A stretch of DNA of 38,365 nt from Candidatus Nanoarchaeia archaeon (GTDB lineage: Archaea > Nanobdellota > Nanobdellia > Woesearchaeales > GW2011-AR9), in assembly GCA_035290485.1 (NCBI GenBank), contig DATDUF010000084.1, positions 1 to 38,365 on the forward strand. Direction: 5' to 3'. Shown here piece after piece: positions 17,665-26,397 of this stretch. The notes beneath the pieces are model-generated. The model was not told the DNA's origin. It was given only the letters and a program-made list of their open reading frames with translations, and did not search any database. The number at the start of each line of letters is the position of its first letter. Within the stretch, counting starts at the first letter, position 1. The translations under genes were made by a program, and so were the position numbers.

Positions 17665-19076
17665 TAGCGTCTCCGTCCTCTTCTGTTGCCGCGCCATTTT
17701 CTTTCAGAACGATGCTCATCACGTCGGCCAGAGCGGCGATCATTGCGCTCTTCATGGCCGCCTTTCTGAATCTCGGCATAACTTTCCCGTTCTGCAGCTT
17801 GAAAAATTTGCTTAAGCAAGGCTGCAACTACTGGCACTGGGGCATTACTTATTAAAATTTCCTTGGCCAGAGTATTATATTTCTCTGAAGGAGTTGATTT
17901 TAAAATAGTGTCTAACTCTAATTTAAGATGTTCAGATTTCATGGCTTTTACTTGTTCAACTGAAGGAATTTCCCGACGCTGTAATTGACCACCTATGTGT
18001 CGCTCCATAAAACGGAACTTTCCTTTTTCTGAGGGAATAACGAAAGTGATGGCAATTCCTTTTTTACCTGCCCGGCCGGTTCTACCAATGCGATGTACAT
18101 ACGATTCAGAACTCTGCGGCAAAGAATAATTAACCACATGAGTCAGATCAGTTACATCGATACCTCGGGCAGCAACATCAGTTGCCACTAAAACAGTGAT
18201 TCTTTTTACTCTAAAAGACTGTAAGATTTTTTCGCGCTGATCCTGAGAAATGTCACCATGAATAGCAGCCGCGCTATAACCAGCATGCATTAATTTGCGG
18301 CTCAGCTCATCTACATCTGCTCGAGTTTTGCAAAAAACAATTCCATAAAAGTCTTTAGTGAGATCCAGAACTCGACGGAGGCATTCAAATCTATCTCCAG
18401 GACGTAGTTCATAATAAATTTGTTCGGTTAAAGCCGCCGTATGCTGTCTTTCAATTTCCAAAATAGTGGGATCATGCATGAACTTTCTGGCAATACCGAT
18501 GATCGGTTTAGGCATAGTCGCAGAAAATAAAAGCATTCTCTTTTTAGCATTAGTACTTTTTAAAATAATTTCAATATCTTCCAGAAAACCCATATTAAGC
18601 ATTTCATCGGCTTCATCCAAGACCGCAAAAGAAACCAGCGATAAATTCAAACTTTTTCTTTCTATCTGATCAATTACTCTTCCTGGAGTTCCGACTACAA
18701 TATCAATTCCCTGACGTAATCGATCGCGCTGTTCAGAAACAGAAGCTCCACCATACACTGCTAAAACTCGCAGTTTTTTTCTGCCCATCAAGGATTCAAA
18801 TTCTTTAGCGACTTGTAAAGCCAGCTCTCTGGTAGGAGTCAAAACAATAGCCTGGACATGCCCGCCATTTTCCTTTATTTTTTCAATGATGGGTAACGCA
18901 AAACTAGCGGTCTTCCCGGTACCAGTTTGAGATTGCGCAATAATATCATGCTTGCCCTCTAATAGAATAGGAATAGCTTTACGCTGAATCTCAGTGGGAG
19001 TAGTATATCCTTTCCGTTGCAGAGCCTGTACGGTATTTTCCGACAGCCCTAATTTCTTGAATTCTTCCATGAACAC
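17664..19076 (-). CDS. DEAD-box ATP-dependent RNA helicase (DeaD/CsdA-like) with Arg-rich tail
   Basis: It has a Q motif, SQTGTGKT, PTRELA, DEAD, SAT and HRIGRTGRAG. A C-terminal extension ends in RRSGRRDEHRSERKWRGNRRGRRR. Confidence 0.92.
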   Translation of the reverse strand: MFMEEFKKLGLSENTVQALQRKGYTTPTEIQRKAIPILLEGKHDIIAQSQTGTGKTASFALPIIEKIKENGGHVQAIVLTPTRELALQVAKEFESLMGRKKLRVLAVYGGASVSEQRDRLRQGIDIVVGTPGRVIDQIERKSLNLSLVSFAVLDEADEMLNMGFLEDIEIILKSTNAKKRMLLFSATMPKPIIGIARKFMHDPTILEIERQHTAALTEQIYYELRPGDRFECLRRVLDLTKDFYGIVFCKTRADVDELSRKLMHAGYSAAAIHGDISQDQREKILQSFRVKRITVLVATDVAARGIDVTDLTHVVNYSLPQSSESYVHRIGRTGRAGKKGIAITFVIPSEKGKFRFMERHIGGQLQRREIPSVEQVKAMKSEHLKLELDTILKSTPSEKYNTLAKEILISNAPVPVVAALLKQIFQAAERESYAEIQKGGHEERNDRRSGRRDEHRSERKWRGNRRGRRR

Positions 19077-19082
19077 ATTTCT

Positions 19083-19108
19083 CTGGGGTTATTTATAAAG
19101 CTTTGTAA
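19083..19108 (-). promoter_or_regulatory. BRE/TATA promoter module next to the helicase start
   Basis: The minus strand reads CAAAGC-TTTATAAA-TAACCCCAG. The TATA lies about 20 nt from the ATG at 19076, so the mRNA is probably leaderless or nearly so. Confidence 0.45.
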
Positions 19109-19227
19109 GATTATAACCAGTTGGTGGTGAATAAAAGAGCCTCTAAAAGCCTCTAAATTCACCTATTTTACCCAACCTTTTCTTCACCACAACAATCCAT
19201 ATAAATTCTCTTTCAAAAAATCTTCTC

Positions 19228-20454
19228 ATGAAATACGCCCACTTAGCAGACTTGCATCTAGGCTCCTGGCGCGAACCGAAGATGCGTGATCTTTCCACCA
19301 AATCTTTTCTCACCGCTATAGATCAATGTGTCCAAAACCAGGTTGATTTCATTCTCTTTTCCGGGGACATTTTCAATACTTCCCTGCCTTCACTTGACAC
19401 TCTTAAGATTGTCACTAAAAAACTCAAAGAACTGAAAGACAAAGATATTCCTCTTTACGTTATCGCTGGTTCGCATGATTTTTCACCTTCAGGAAAAACC
19501 ATGATTGACGTTTTAGAAAATGCTGGACTCCTGAAAAATGTCTGTCGGGGAAAGATTCATCCGGAAACCAAAGAGCTGCATCTACAATTTACCACCGACC
19601 AAAAGACCGGAGCGAAGATTACTGGCATTCTCGGACGTAAAGGACAGCTGGATAAAACTTATTATCAAAACTTACATCTTGATAATTTAGAACAGGAATC
19701 CGGCTACAAAATTTTCATGTTTCATACTACGCTCTCGGAAATGAAACCAAAGCATATGGAAAAAATTGAATCTCAACCGACCTCTTTCCTTCCCAAAAAC
19801 TTCAACTACTATGCCGGCGGCCATATTCATCATCCCACTAAAATAGAATTAGAAGGATATGGAACTTTAACCTATCCCGGAGCATTATTCCCTAACAATT
19901 TTGCCGAGGTAGAAAAATACAGCCATGGCGGATATTATCTTATTAGCATTGACAGCGAGCAATCGCAAAAGATAGAATGGCTGCCGGTCAAGACCATGGA
20001 ACATCATGCTCTTACTGTCAACTGCACCCACAAAGCGCCGGAAGTTATCACTTTTGAAATTCTCAATCATTTTGAAAAAGTAAACATCCAAGACACTCTT
20101 CTGACCATAAGACTCAACGGAGTATTAGCTAAAGGCAAAGTATCTGATCTTAATTTCAACCACATCTTCACCGAACTATATCAAAAAGGAGCTTATTTTA
20201 TCATGAAGAATACTGCGGGGGTACAATCAGAAGAATTTGAAGAAGTAAAAATAGCCGCTTCCAATCCGGAAACCATGGAAGAAGAAATCATCAAAGAACA
20301 TCTCCAGCAGAACAAAGTATATGATGCCGAGACAGAATTAGATCTTATTAAAACCTTGCTCCAAGCTCTTATCACCACCAAAAAAGAAGGAGAAACACTT
20401 ACTGATTTTCAAGAGCGCGTGATCCAAGAGATGGATAAAATTCTTAATTTATAA
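19228..20454 (+). CDS. mre11: Mre11/SbcD-family metallophosphoesterase (DNA repair nuclease)
   Basis: The motifs occur in the canonical calcineurin-like order: DLHLG, GDIFN, AGSHD, MFHTT and GGHIHH. No rad50 gene is adjacent. Confidence 0.7.
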   Translation: MKYAHLADLHLGSWREPKMRDLSTKSFLTAIDQCVQNQVDFILFSGDIFNTSLPSLDTLKIVTKKLKELKDKDIPLYVIAGSHDFSPSGKTMIDVLENAGLLKNVCRGKIHPETKELHLQFTTDQKTGAKITGILGRKGQLDKTYYQNLHLDNLEQESGYKIFMFHTTLSEMKPKHMEKIESQPTSFLPKNFNYYAGGHIHHPTKIELEGYGTLTYPGALFPNNFAEVEKYSHGGYYLISIDSEQSQKIEWLPVKTMEHHALTVNCTHKAPEVITFEILNHFEKVNIQDTLLTIRLNGVLAKGKVSDLNFNHIFTELYQKGAYFIMKNTAGVQSEEFEEVKIAASNPETMEEEIIKEHLQQNKVYDAETELDLIKTLLQALITTKKEGETLTDFQERVIQEMDKILNL

Positions 20455-20534
20455 TTTTAGTAATATTAGTAGAATCAGTTTTAAACAAATAAGAAGAAAG
20501 GTAATAAAAAAAATAAATTAAAAAAAAGAAAGCT

Positions 20535-22373
20535 TTACTTTCTCTTTCTCATCCACAAGACTACTGCAATGATTACTACTAAAGCTACTAACAAGCCCAC
20601 TAATAATCCTTTGCTCATGCCCTTCTGTTCCATAGCTGGTTCAGCAGTTGGTTCAGTAGCTGGTTCTTCAGCTGCAGGTTGTTCGGTAGCTCCTGCTGCA
20701 GGTGCAGCAACTTCACCACTTTTCTGACCAATCACAAAGTAGCTGAAGCCAGGGGTTTTAGATGAGTAATGAACATACGTCCCATCATCTTCGCCAACCT
20801 GAGTCTGTAGTTGTGTCCACTTGCCATCAGCGAAATGGTGTAAAGCAACAGCTTCTTTGGTCAGTTTCTTTTCATCTAACCAGGACTTGGCTACTTTAAA
20901 CTTGATAGCAGCATCAGTGAATGCTCCTTCTTTATTCAAAGCAGGGCCTTTGGTGATTTCCAATGTCTTGTATACAGTTCCATCGAACTTAGATACGGAG
21001 CTCGGCAAAGAATCTCTCTTTGCAACTTGTACCCAGGCACCATACACAACTGTAGGTACAGAGAAGCTTAGTTCAGTTACGCCGGCATCTCCTTTCTTAA
21101 GTTCAACACTGGCAGTTTCGCCTGCGTTGATGGAAGTCCATACTTTCTTCTCGAATTGTCCTGCAACACCGGTTGATACTCCACCGCTGGATCCACCTGA
21201 TCCGCCGCCACCATTGCTTGAAGCTGCAGCCGCTGCTGAGGTGGCCCAAGATAAGCCATTTGTAATTTGGTATCCTACAAAGTCAGTACAAGTAACTTCT
21301 ATGTTATAACCCGTGCTGGCAGTAAGACTTGAAAAAGTCTTGGTGTAAGAGGTGAGGGTACCCGCAGTAGTGGGTGAAAAGTTTCCGCTGCCTGCTGATC
21401 CTTGCGCTCCAGCTACGGAAGCATAGGTACAGTTGGCAACTGACTCATTTGTTACTACTGTCACTTTAGCACCGGTAGCTGAAATGCTGCTTGCTGCAAG
21501 TGATGACATCACTGGAGCGGTTCTGTCAATGGTGAAGTTGAAGATTACTACACGAGTGTTGTTATGTGTGTCATTAACATACACAATTACTCCCTGCGAT
21601 CCTTCAAAGAGTGAGGAAAGGTTGTAATTCACGGTCCAGACTCCTGAGCGATTATCAACGGTACCATTACCACTAGCACCAGTAAGGTTACTACTGATGT
21701 TGAAATCAGTACCAGTTCCGTTGTCAAAGACGAAGCGTACCTCGCTGATGTTGAATAAGTTAGCTTGATAAAGTCCATTGCCCACGTGTGCTGGCTTAAA
21801 ATCATAGATTGTAAAGTTAATGCTTACGTTGCCCTTGCTGGCACTGAAATTGCTGCCATTAGCAGAGGGGATGCCTGAAAGTGCACTGCTAACGTTCAAA
21901 GTCACGTTAGGAGCAGTATTATCGATAGTGATGTTGTTCCCGCTGAAAGCTGAGCTTATATTCTGACCGCTGTCGCTAGAGCTGTTGGTGTAGTTAACTG
22001 AGAGATTATATACCCCATCTGCGAGAAGACCAATATTAAATGAAGTATTTTGAAAATAAGTTTGGTTGGCGCTGGTATTAAAAATAGTGGTATTATACAT
22101 ATACGGATCAGTATTGTTTGAGAACATGAAAGTTACATTGGTTAGCGTGCTGTTAGTGGTTCCGTTTGCAATAAACGATGCGTTTAAGAGAAACGTTCCT
22201 TTGGAAGAACTAAGGTTTTGGAAATTACCGTTGGCAGTGCCAGTAGCATTATTGCCAGCGCCCAGTAAACTCACAACTGCATTCATCGAAACCATATTAA
22301 CATTAAGAGCTATTACCAAAGCTACGATACCGATAATCATCAAAACAAACAAACCTTTTAATCCTTTTTTCAT
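20535..22373 (-). CDS. surface (S-layer-like) glycoprotein, C-terminally membrane anchored
   Basis: A signal/TM segment is followed by about 340 aa dense in N-x-S/T sequons (about 35 by my manual count) and two DxTAP domain boundaries. A G/S/A linker follows. Next comes a beta-rich domain ending ...SSKTPGFSYFVIGQK, which looks like a PGF-pre-PGF domain. Then come an acidic P/A/E linker, a TM helix and RKRK. I moved the start to the ATG at 22373 because AGGTGG lies 5 nt upstream. The track start is a GTG at 22382. Confidence 0.7.
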   Translation of the reverse strand: MKKGLKGLFVLMIIGIVALVIALNVNMVSMNAVVSLLGAGNNATGTANGNFQNLSSSKGTFLLNASFIANGTTNSTLTNVTFMFSNNTDPYMYNTTIFNTSANQTYFQNTSFNIGLLADGVYNLSVNYTNSSSDSGQNISSAFSGNNITIDNTAPNVTLNVSSALSGIPSANGSNFSASKGNVSINFTIYDFKPAHVGNGLYQANLFNISEVRFVFDNGTGTDFNISSNLTGASGNGTVDNRSGVWTVNYNLSSLFEGSQGVIVYVNDTHNNTRVVIFNFTIDRTAPVMSSLAASSISATGAKVTVVTNESVANCTYASVAGAQGSAGSGNFSPTTAGTLTSYTKTFSSLTASTGYNIEVTCTDFVGYQITNGLSWATSAAAAASSNGGGGSGGSSGGVSTGVAGQFEKKVWTSINAGETASVELKKGDAGVTELSFSVPTVVYGAWVQVAKRDSLPSSVSKFDGTVYKTLEITKGPALNKEGAFTDAAIKFKVAKSWLDEKKLTKEAVALHHFADGKWTQLQTQVGEDDGTYVHYSSKTPGFSYFVIGQKSGEVAAPAAGATEQPAAEEPATEPTAEPAMEQKGMSKGLLVGLLVALVVIIAVVLWMRKRK

Positions 22374-22397
22374 ATGATCCACCTTCTTTTTATTGAC

Positions 22398-22436
22398 GCA
22401 AGAAATGAAACGAAGATTTCATTTCTGCGCAGAAAA
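22398..22436 (-). promoter_or_regulatory. conserved hairpin/palindrome element, copy A (leader of the surface-glycoprotein gene)
   Basis: The plus strand reads GCAAGAAATG-aaa-cgaaga-ttt-CATTTCTGC-g-CAGAAAA. This forms a 12-bp stem with one bulged A, followed by the palindrome TTTCTGCGCAGAAA. A second copy lies at 26398-26437. Confidence 0.55.
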
Positions 22437-22581
22437 TAAGTCTTGCTTACTTTCTTGCGATATTATTATGAACTAAGTTCTAGAATAAAACATCAGCCTT
22501 TATAAAAATTTATTTTAACTTCAGAATAGTAACGCTTCATTCCCCGCATATTTTATATACGACAAATATTTTTTCCGTCGT

Positions 22582-23787
22582 ATGAAACGCTTCTTACTGA
22601 CGGAATTGCCGCTGCAAAATAAAACTGTGTTTCTGCGCGTCGACTATAATGTACCATTTTCCGAGCACAAAATAATTGATAACACTAAAATAAAAACTTC
22701 TTTACCTACTATTAAATATCTGCTTCAGAATAATTGCAAGATCATTCTGGCCACTCATTTTGGCCGTCCGAAAGGATTTTCTTCCGAATTTTCTGTTGCG
22801 CCTTTAGTAAAAGAGCTGCAGAAATTGTTGCCCAACAAAAAAATACTGAAATTAGATGATTGTATCGGAAAAAAAGTATCCAGCGCCATAAAAGAGGGAA
22901 AGCCGCAAACCATTTTCATGCTCGAAAACTTACGCTTTTACCCTGAAGAAGAAAAAAACGATGTTTTTTTCGCCCATTCTTTAGCTTCCTTAGCTTATGT
23001 ATATGTCAATGATGCTTTTGGCGTAGCGCATAGAAAGCATGCTTCCGTCTGCGCCATTACCGAATATCTTCCTTCCACAGCAGGAATCCTTCTGGAAAAA
23101 GAACTTCACTCTCTCGCGCAAGGACTTACTCCGAAAAAACCTTCCATCTGGATCATGGGCGGAGCAAAATTAGATAAAATTACTTTATTGGAAAGAGCTT
23201 TGCAAAAGTATGACTATATCTTAATAGGGGGGGCATTAGCCTTTGCTTTCCTCAAAGCGCAAGGAATTCCTATCGGCGCTTCCAAAAGTGATGCCGCTTC
23301 TATTGAAGTAGCCAGGAAAATTCTAAAAAGTAAAAATGCCCACAAAATAATTCTACCGGTTGACTTTGCCGTAACCGAAACCTTCTCCCCACGAGCAAAG
23401 ACTGCGATCATTGACTACCGCCATCTTCAGTCGCACCAAATTGGTCTAGACTTAGGCCCAAAAACAATTAATTTGTTCAAGCAATACCTAGCTTCTGCTA
23501 AAATAGTAGTCTGGAATGGTCCGCTCGGCTATATTGAATGGGCCCAATTTGCCCTGGCCACGAAAGAGATTGCCCGCTTTCTGGGAAAATTAGAAGGTGC
23601 CATCACCTTAGTCGGTGGCGGAGAGACCGCAGAAGTGCTCACCAGATTTCATCTTCATCACCAATTGACCCATGTCTCTACCGGCGGAGGGGCAGCTTTG
23701 GAATATTTAGCCGGAGAAAAACTGCCTGCTCTAACGTCTTTGGAAAAAAACTATACAAAATTTAAACGGAAAATAAGAATTTCGTAA
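22582..23787 (+). CDS. pgk: phosphoglycerate kinase
   Basis: LRVDYNVP, THFGRPKG, the GGAK...GG hinge and the C-terminal STGGGAALEYL are present. A TTTTATATA box lies about 25 nt upstream. Confidence 0.93.
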   Translation: MKRFLLTELPLQNKTVFLRVDYNVPFSEHKIIDNTKIKTSLPTIKYLLQNNCKIILATHFGRPKGFSSEFSVAPLVKELQKLLPNKKILKLDDCIGKKVSSAIKEGKPQTIFMLENLRFYPEEEKNDVFFAHSLASLAYVYVNDAFGVAHRKHASVCAITEYLPSTAGILLEKELHSLAQGLTPKKPSIWIMGGAKLDKITLLERALQKYDYILIGGALAFAFLKAQGIPIGASKSDAASIEVARKILKSKNAHKIILPVDFAVTETFSPRAKTAIIDYRHLQSHQIGLDLGPKTINLFKQYLASAKIVVWNGPLGYIEWAQFALATKEIARFLGKLEGAITLVGGGETAEVLTRFHLHHQLTHVSTGGGAALEYLAGEKLPALTSLEKNYTKFKRKIRIS

Positions 23788-23801
23788 AAAAAATACCAGA
23801 A

Positions 23802-25085
23802 TCAAATACTAATCATCACCGTTCGATTCAAGCTGGATTTAATCAGACTCTGCAGTTCTTCCTTCTCACGTGCCAGCAGGTTTTGCAACTTAGTAATTTT
23901 TCCGGTAAGCACCGTAATTTCATCCTGCAGTTTTTGGGCTTGCTTATCATAATGTTCTAGCCTATAGGCAGCATCATCCACTTTAGTTACAAAAAAGTTA
24001 TGGTGAATATGGCTGTTAAGCTCGCGTAATTCTTTCTCCAGCTGTTTGAATTCTTCTTTCAAGGCCGGCAGGCGCTGGTTATATATTCCCTCTAAAGCAG
24101 AAATAGATGAAAGCAAAGTATCCTGACTGAGAGAAAGTTTACCTTCCCGTAATAAAGCTGTGATTTTTTTAAGAATGTCTACCACGAACAGCCCTTCATC
24201 TTGCAAAAATGAGGACAACGGATCTTTAATATAAGAAAATAATAAGCCGTTAGACGGTTCCAGCTCTTTATATTGCTGCAATAAAGGCTTTACTTTAGAG
24301 AAAAAAGAAAGAATTTCCATTTCTTTTTCTTCCAGCTGCTCCTGAAGCTCCTTTTTCTGTTTGCTCAATTCACTTAAATCAAGATTCTTTTTATCGCTGC
24401 GCAGCTGTTGTAAATAGGTTTCTTTTTCCAATTTTTTTTGTTCACTAAGATGCTGCCGGCTTTTTTTAAGTTCTGCTTCTTTATTGAAACGCTGCAGATG
24501 AACAGCCAGCTTCTGCAGATAATCGGCCTTGGAACTAATAACTTGTACGGTATGATATTGGCTTTCGGAAATAGTTTGGTCTAATTTTTTCCGCAGCGCA
24601 TCTAAATCTAACAAGGTCAGCAGCAGCGGATTGGCCTCGGAAGGAGCTTCACTTTTTTCAAAAAGAAAACTAAAATCATCCATAAAACCACTTGCCTCTA
24701 ATTTTTCTATGATCTTGTGCAAGCGCTGTTCCATCTCCTGATTAGCCATCAACACTTCCCCTATTACGGGCTGAGCAGAAAAATGCAACAGATCTAACAC
24801 TTGCCTAGTTTCCCGGAAAAGAGGTATTATTTCGTTAGCCTCGGGATGCAGGCGAACTTTTCGCAACCAGGTATCTAACTGAACTTCTAAAGCCCAGCGT
24901 TTATCTTCTAGAATTCTGGCGTGCTCCTTTACTAAAGGGATAAGAGTATGTTTCTCTACTATCTCTTGAGAGCGCTGCTGGAGCCATTCTTGGATCTGAG
25001 AAATAGATAATTCTTCCTGAAGATCCGGCGTACTCTTAAAATACGACACCGCCTTATTCAGCCAACCCAAGTCGCACCACCTCAA
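23802..25085 (-). CDS. hypothetical long coiled-coil protein
   Basis: 427 aa, almost entirely alpha-helical with heptad-like L/E/K/Q composition. No TM helix, no nucleotide-binding motif, no family recognised. Confidence 0.5.
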   Translation of the reverse strand: MRWCDLGWLNKAVSYFKSTPDLQEELSISQIQEWLQQRSQEIVEKHTLIPLVKEHARILEDKRWALEVQLDTWLRKVRLHPEANEIIPLFRETRQVLDLLHFSAQPVIGEVLMANQEMEQRLHKIIEKLEASGFMDDFSFLFEKSEAPSEANPLLLTLLDLDALRKKLDQTISESQYHTVQVISSKADYLQKLAVHLQRFNKEAELKKSRQHLSEQKKLEKETYLQQLRSDKKNLDLSELSKQKKELQEQLEEKEMEILSFFSKVKPLLQQYKELEPSNGLLFSYIKDPLSSFLQDEGLFVVDILKKITALLREGKLSLSQDTLLSSISALEGIYNQRLPALKEEFKQLEKELRELNSHIHHNFFVTKVDDAAYRLEHYDKQAQKLQDEITVLTGKITKLQNLLAREKEELQSLIKSSLNRTVMISI

Positions 25086-25170
25086 GAATAAAATCTCAGA
25101 AAGTACTATATAATGATTTCTGTAGGAAAGGATATAGAAAAGTATAAAGAAAAACTACGGTTCGTAAGAC

Positions 25171-26370
25171 TCATTTCCCAGAAACAATCTCTAAGACATC
25201 CAAGGGCTTCAGAGCATAATCCTTGCCCACGGTCTTTTTAGTACGCACATCCTTAGCACAGATAAAATTCTTGCCCAGATCAGTATGTAATTTATAGGCA
25301 AAGTCTAAAGCAGTGCTGCGGGAAGGCATCAGGAAACAATCCGGCAAGACATTACCATCCTTATCTTCCAGCTTAGTAACTCCGCCAGGAAAGATGGCTA
25401 GATACTGCAGTAGCTGGAACACTGCTTGGTCTAAAGCTGTCTGTACACCTGTGGAATGGTATACTTGTAAAATTTTCTGCTCAATAAATTGCAGCGCTTT
25501 CTGCTGTCGTTCATTTAATTTTTCCGCTTGCAAAATAGTAAACTGTTTTTCTCCGGGAACATATTCAATCAATCCGGCCCGAGCCGCTTCACGTAAAGCA
25601 ATTTCTGCTTCCGCAGAGCAAGGTATGAAAATATATTCAGGAAATTCCTTCCGCAAGCGCTGCAAGTTTTCTGCCGCGCTGGAAACATCAGCCTTATTGC
25701 AAGCGATCAGCATTGGTTTGGTTTTCTTTCGTAGATATACAGCGAGAGTTTTCAAATTTTCTTCTGACCAACTATTCGGTCTTTCTTTATCCAGCTGAAG
25801 TTTTTCCACCGCTTCTTCGATCATCGCTTCCGTTACTTTTAATCCTGATAATTGTTTGGCCAGCGCTTTTTGAATCTCGATTTTTTCCTGCATTACCGTA
25901 CGTGCAAATTTCTCCCAGCCTTTCTGGATAATACCTAGGTACCAAAAATCCAATTCCACTTCTAAGAAGCGTACATCTTCCAGAGGATCATAACTGCCTG
26001 CTTCCACTACTTCGCCCTTTTCATTAGTGGATCCAGAAACATCAATGACATGAATTAAAGCATCGGCCTGACGTAAATCATCTAAGAATTGATTTCCCAT
26101 GCCTAAGCCCTGATGCGCTCCCGGGACCAGACCAGCTACATCTAATAATTGCACCGGGACAAAACGGAATTCCTTAACGACATACCCATTGCGCGGATTG
26201 GAAACTTTGCCAAACTCACGAGCTACATCTTTTACTTTAACATATCCTACTCCCGAATTCGGCTTGATAGTTGCGAAAGGATAGTTAGCTATCTCTACTT
26301 CCGCTAACGTAGCGGCTTTGAAAAAAGTACTTTTTCCCACGTTGGGTTTTCCTACGATTCCTATAAGCAT
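25171..26370 (-). CDS. OBG-family GTPase (YchF/Ygr210-like) with C-terminal TGS domain
   Basis: GIVGKPNVGKST (G1), DVAGLV (G3), CNKAD (G4) and a TGS-like C-terminus. I moved the start to the ATG at 26370 because GGAG lies 5 nt upstream. The track start at 26421 would run through the conserved hairpin element. Confidence 0.85.
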   Translation of the reverse strand: MLIGIVGKPNVGKSTFFKAATLAEVEIANYPFATIKPNSGVGYVKVKDVAREFGKVSNPRNGYVVKEFRFVPVQLLDVAGLVPGAHQGLGMGNQFLDDLRQADALIHVIDVSGSTNEKGEVVEAGSYDPLEDVRFLEVELDFWYLGIIQKGWEKFARTVMQEKIEIQKALAKQLSGLKVTEAMIEEAVEKLQLDKERPNSWSEENLKTLAVYLRKKTKPMLIACNKADVSSAAENLQRLRKEFPEYIFIPCSAEAEIALREAARAGLIEYVPGEKQFTILQAEKLNERQQKALQFIEQKILQVYHSTGVQTALDQAVFQLLQYLAIFPGGVTKLEDKDGNVLPDCFLMPSRSTALDFAYKLHTDLGKNFICAKDVRTKKTVGKDYALKPLDVLEIVSGK

Positions 26371-26397
26371 GTTTCTCCATGCTTGTAGGCTCCGAAT

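Noticed and set aside
20821-21309. 162-aa plus-strand ORF inside the surface-glycoprotein gene
   Set aside because: It is an antisense shadow ORF within a much longer, feature-rich minus-strand CDS. Its composition is low-complexity Pro/Ser/Ala and it has no start context.
22404-22436. Short upstream ORFs starting at the conserved ATG inside both hairpin elements (MKSSFHFLRQ at copy A, MWYYSTFLAF... at copy B)
   Set aside because: The conserved nucleotide blocks are read in different frames in the two copies, and the peptides differ in length (10 and 20 codons). Conservation is therefore at the nucleotide or structure level rather than in a leader peptide.
25313-25798. 161-aa plus-strand ORF inside the GTPase gene
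   Set aside because: It is an antisense shadow of a CDS with unmistakable G1, G3 and G4 motifs. The protein is Ser/Cys/Phe-rich and shows no start signals.
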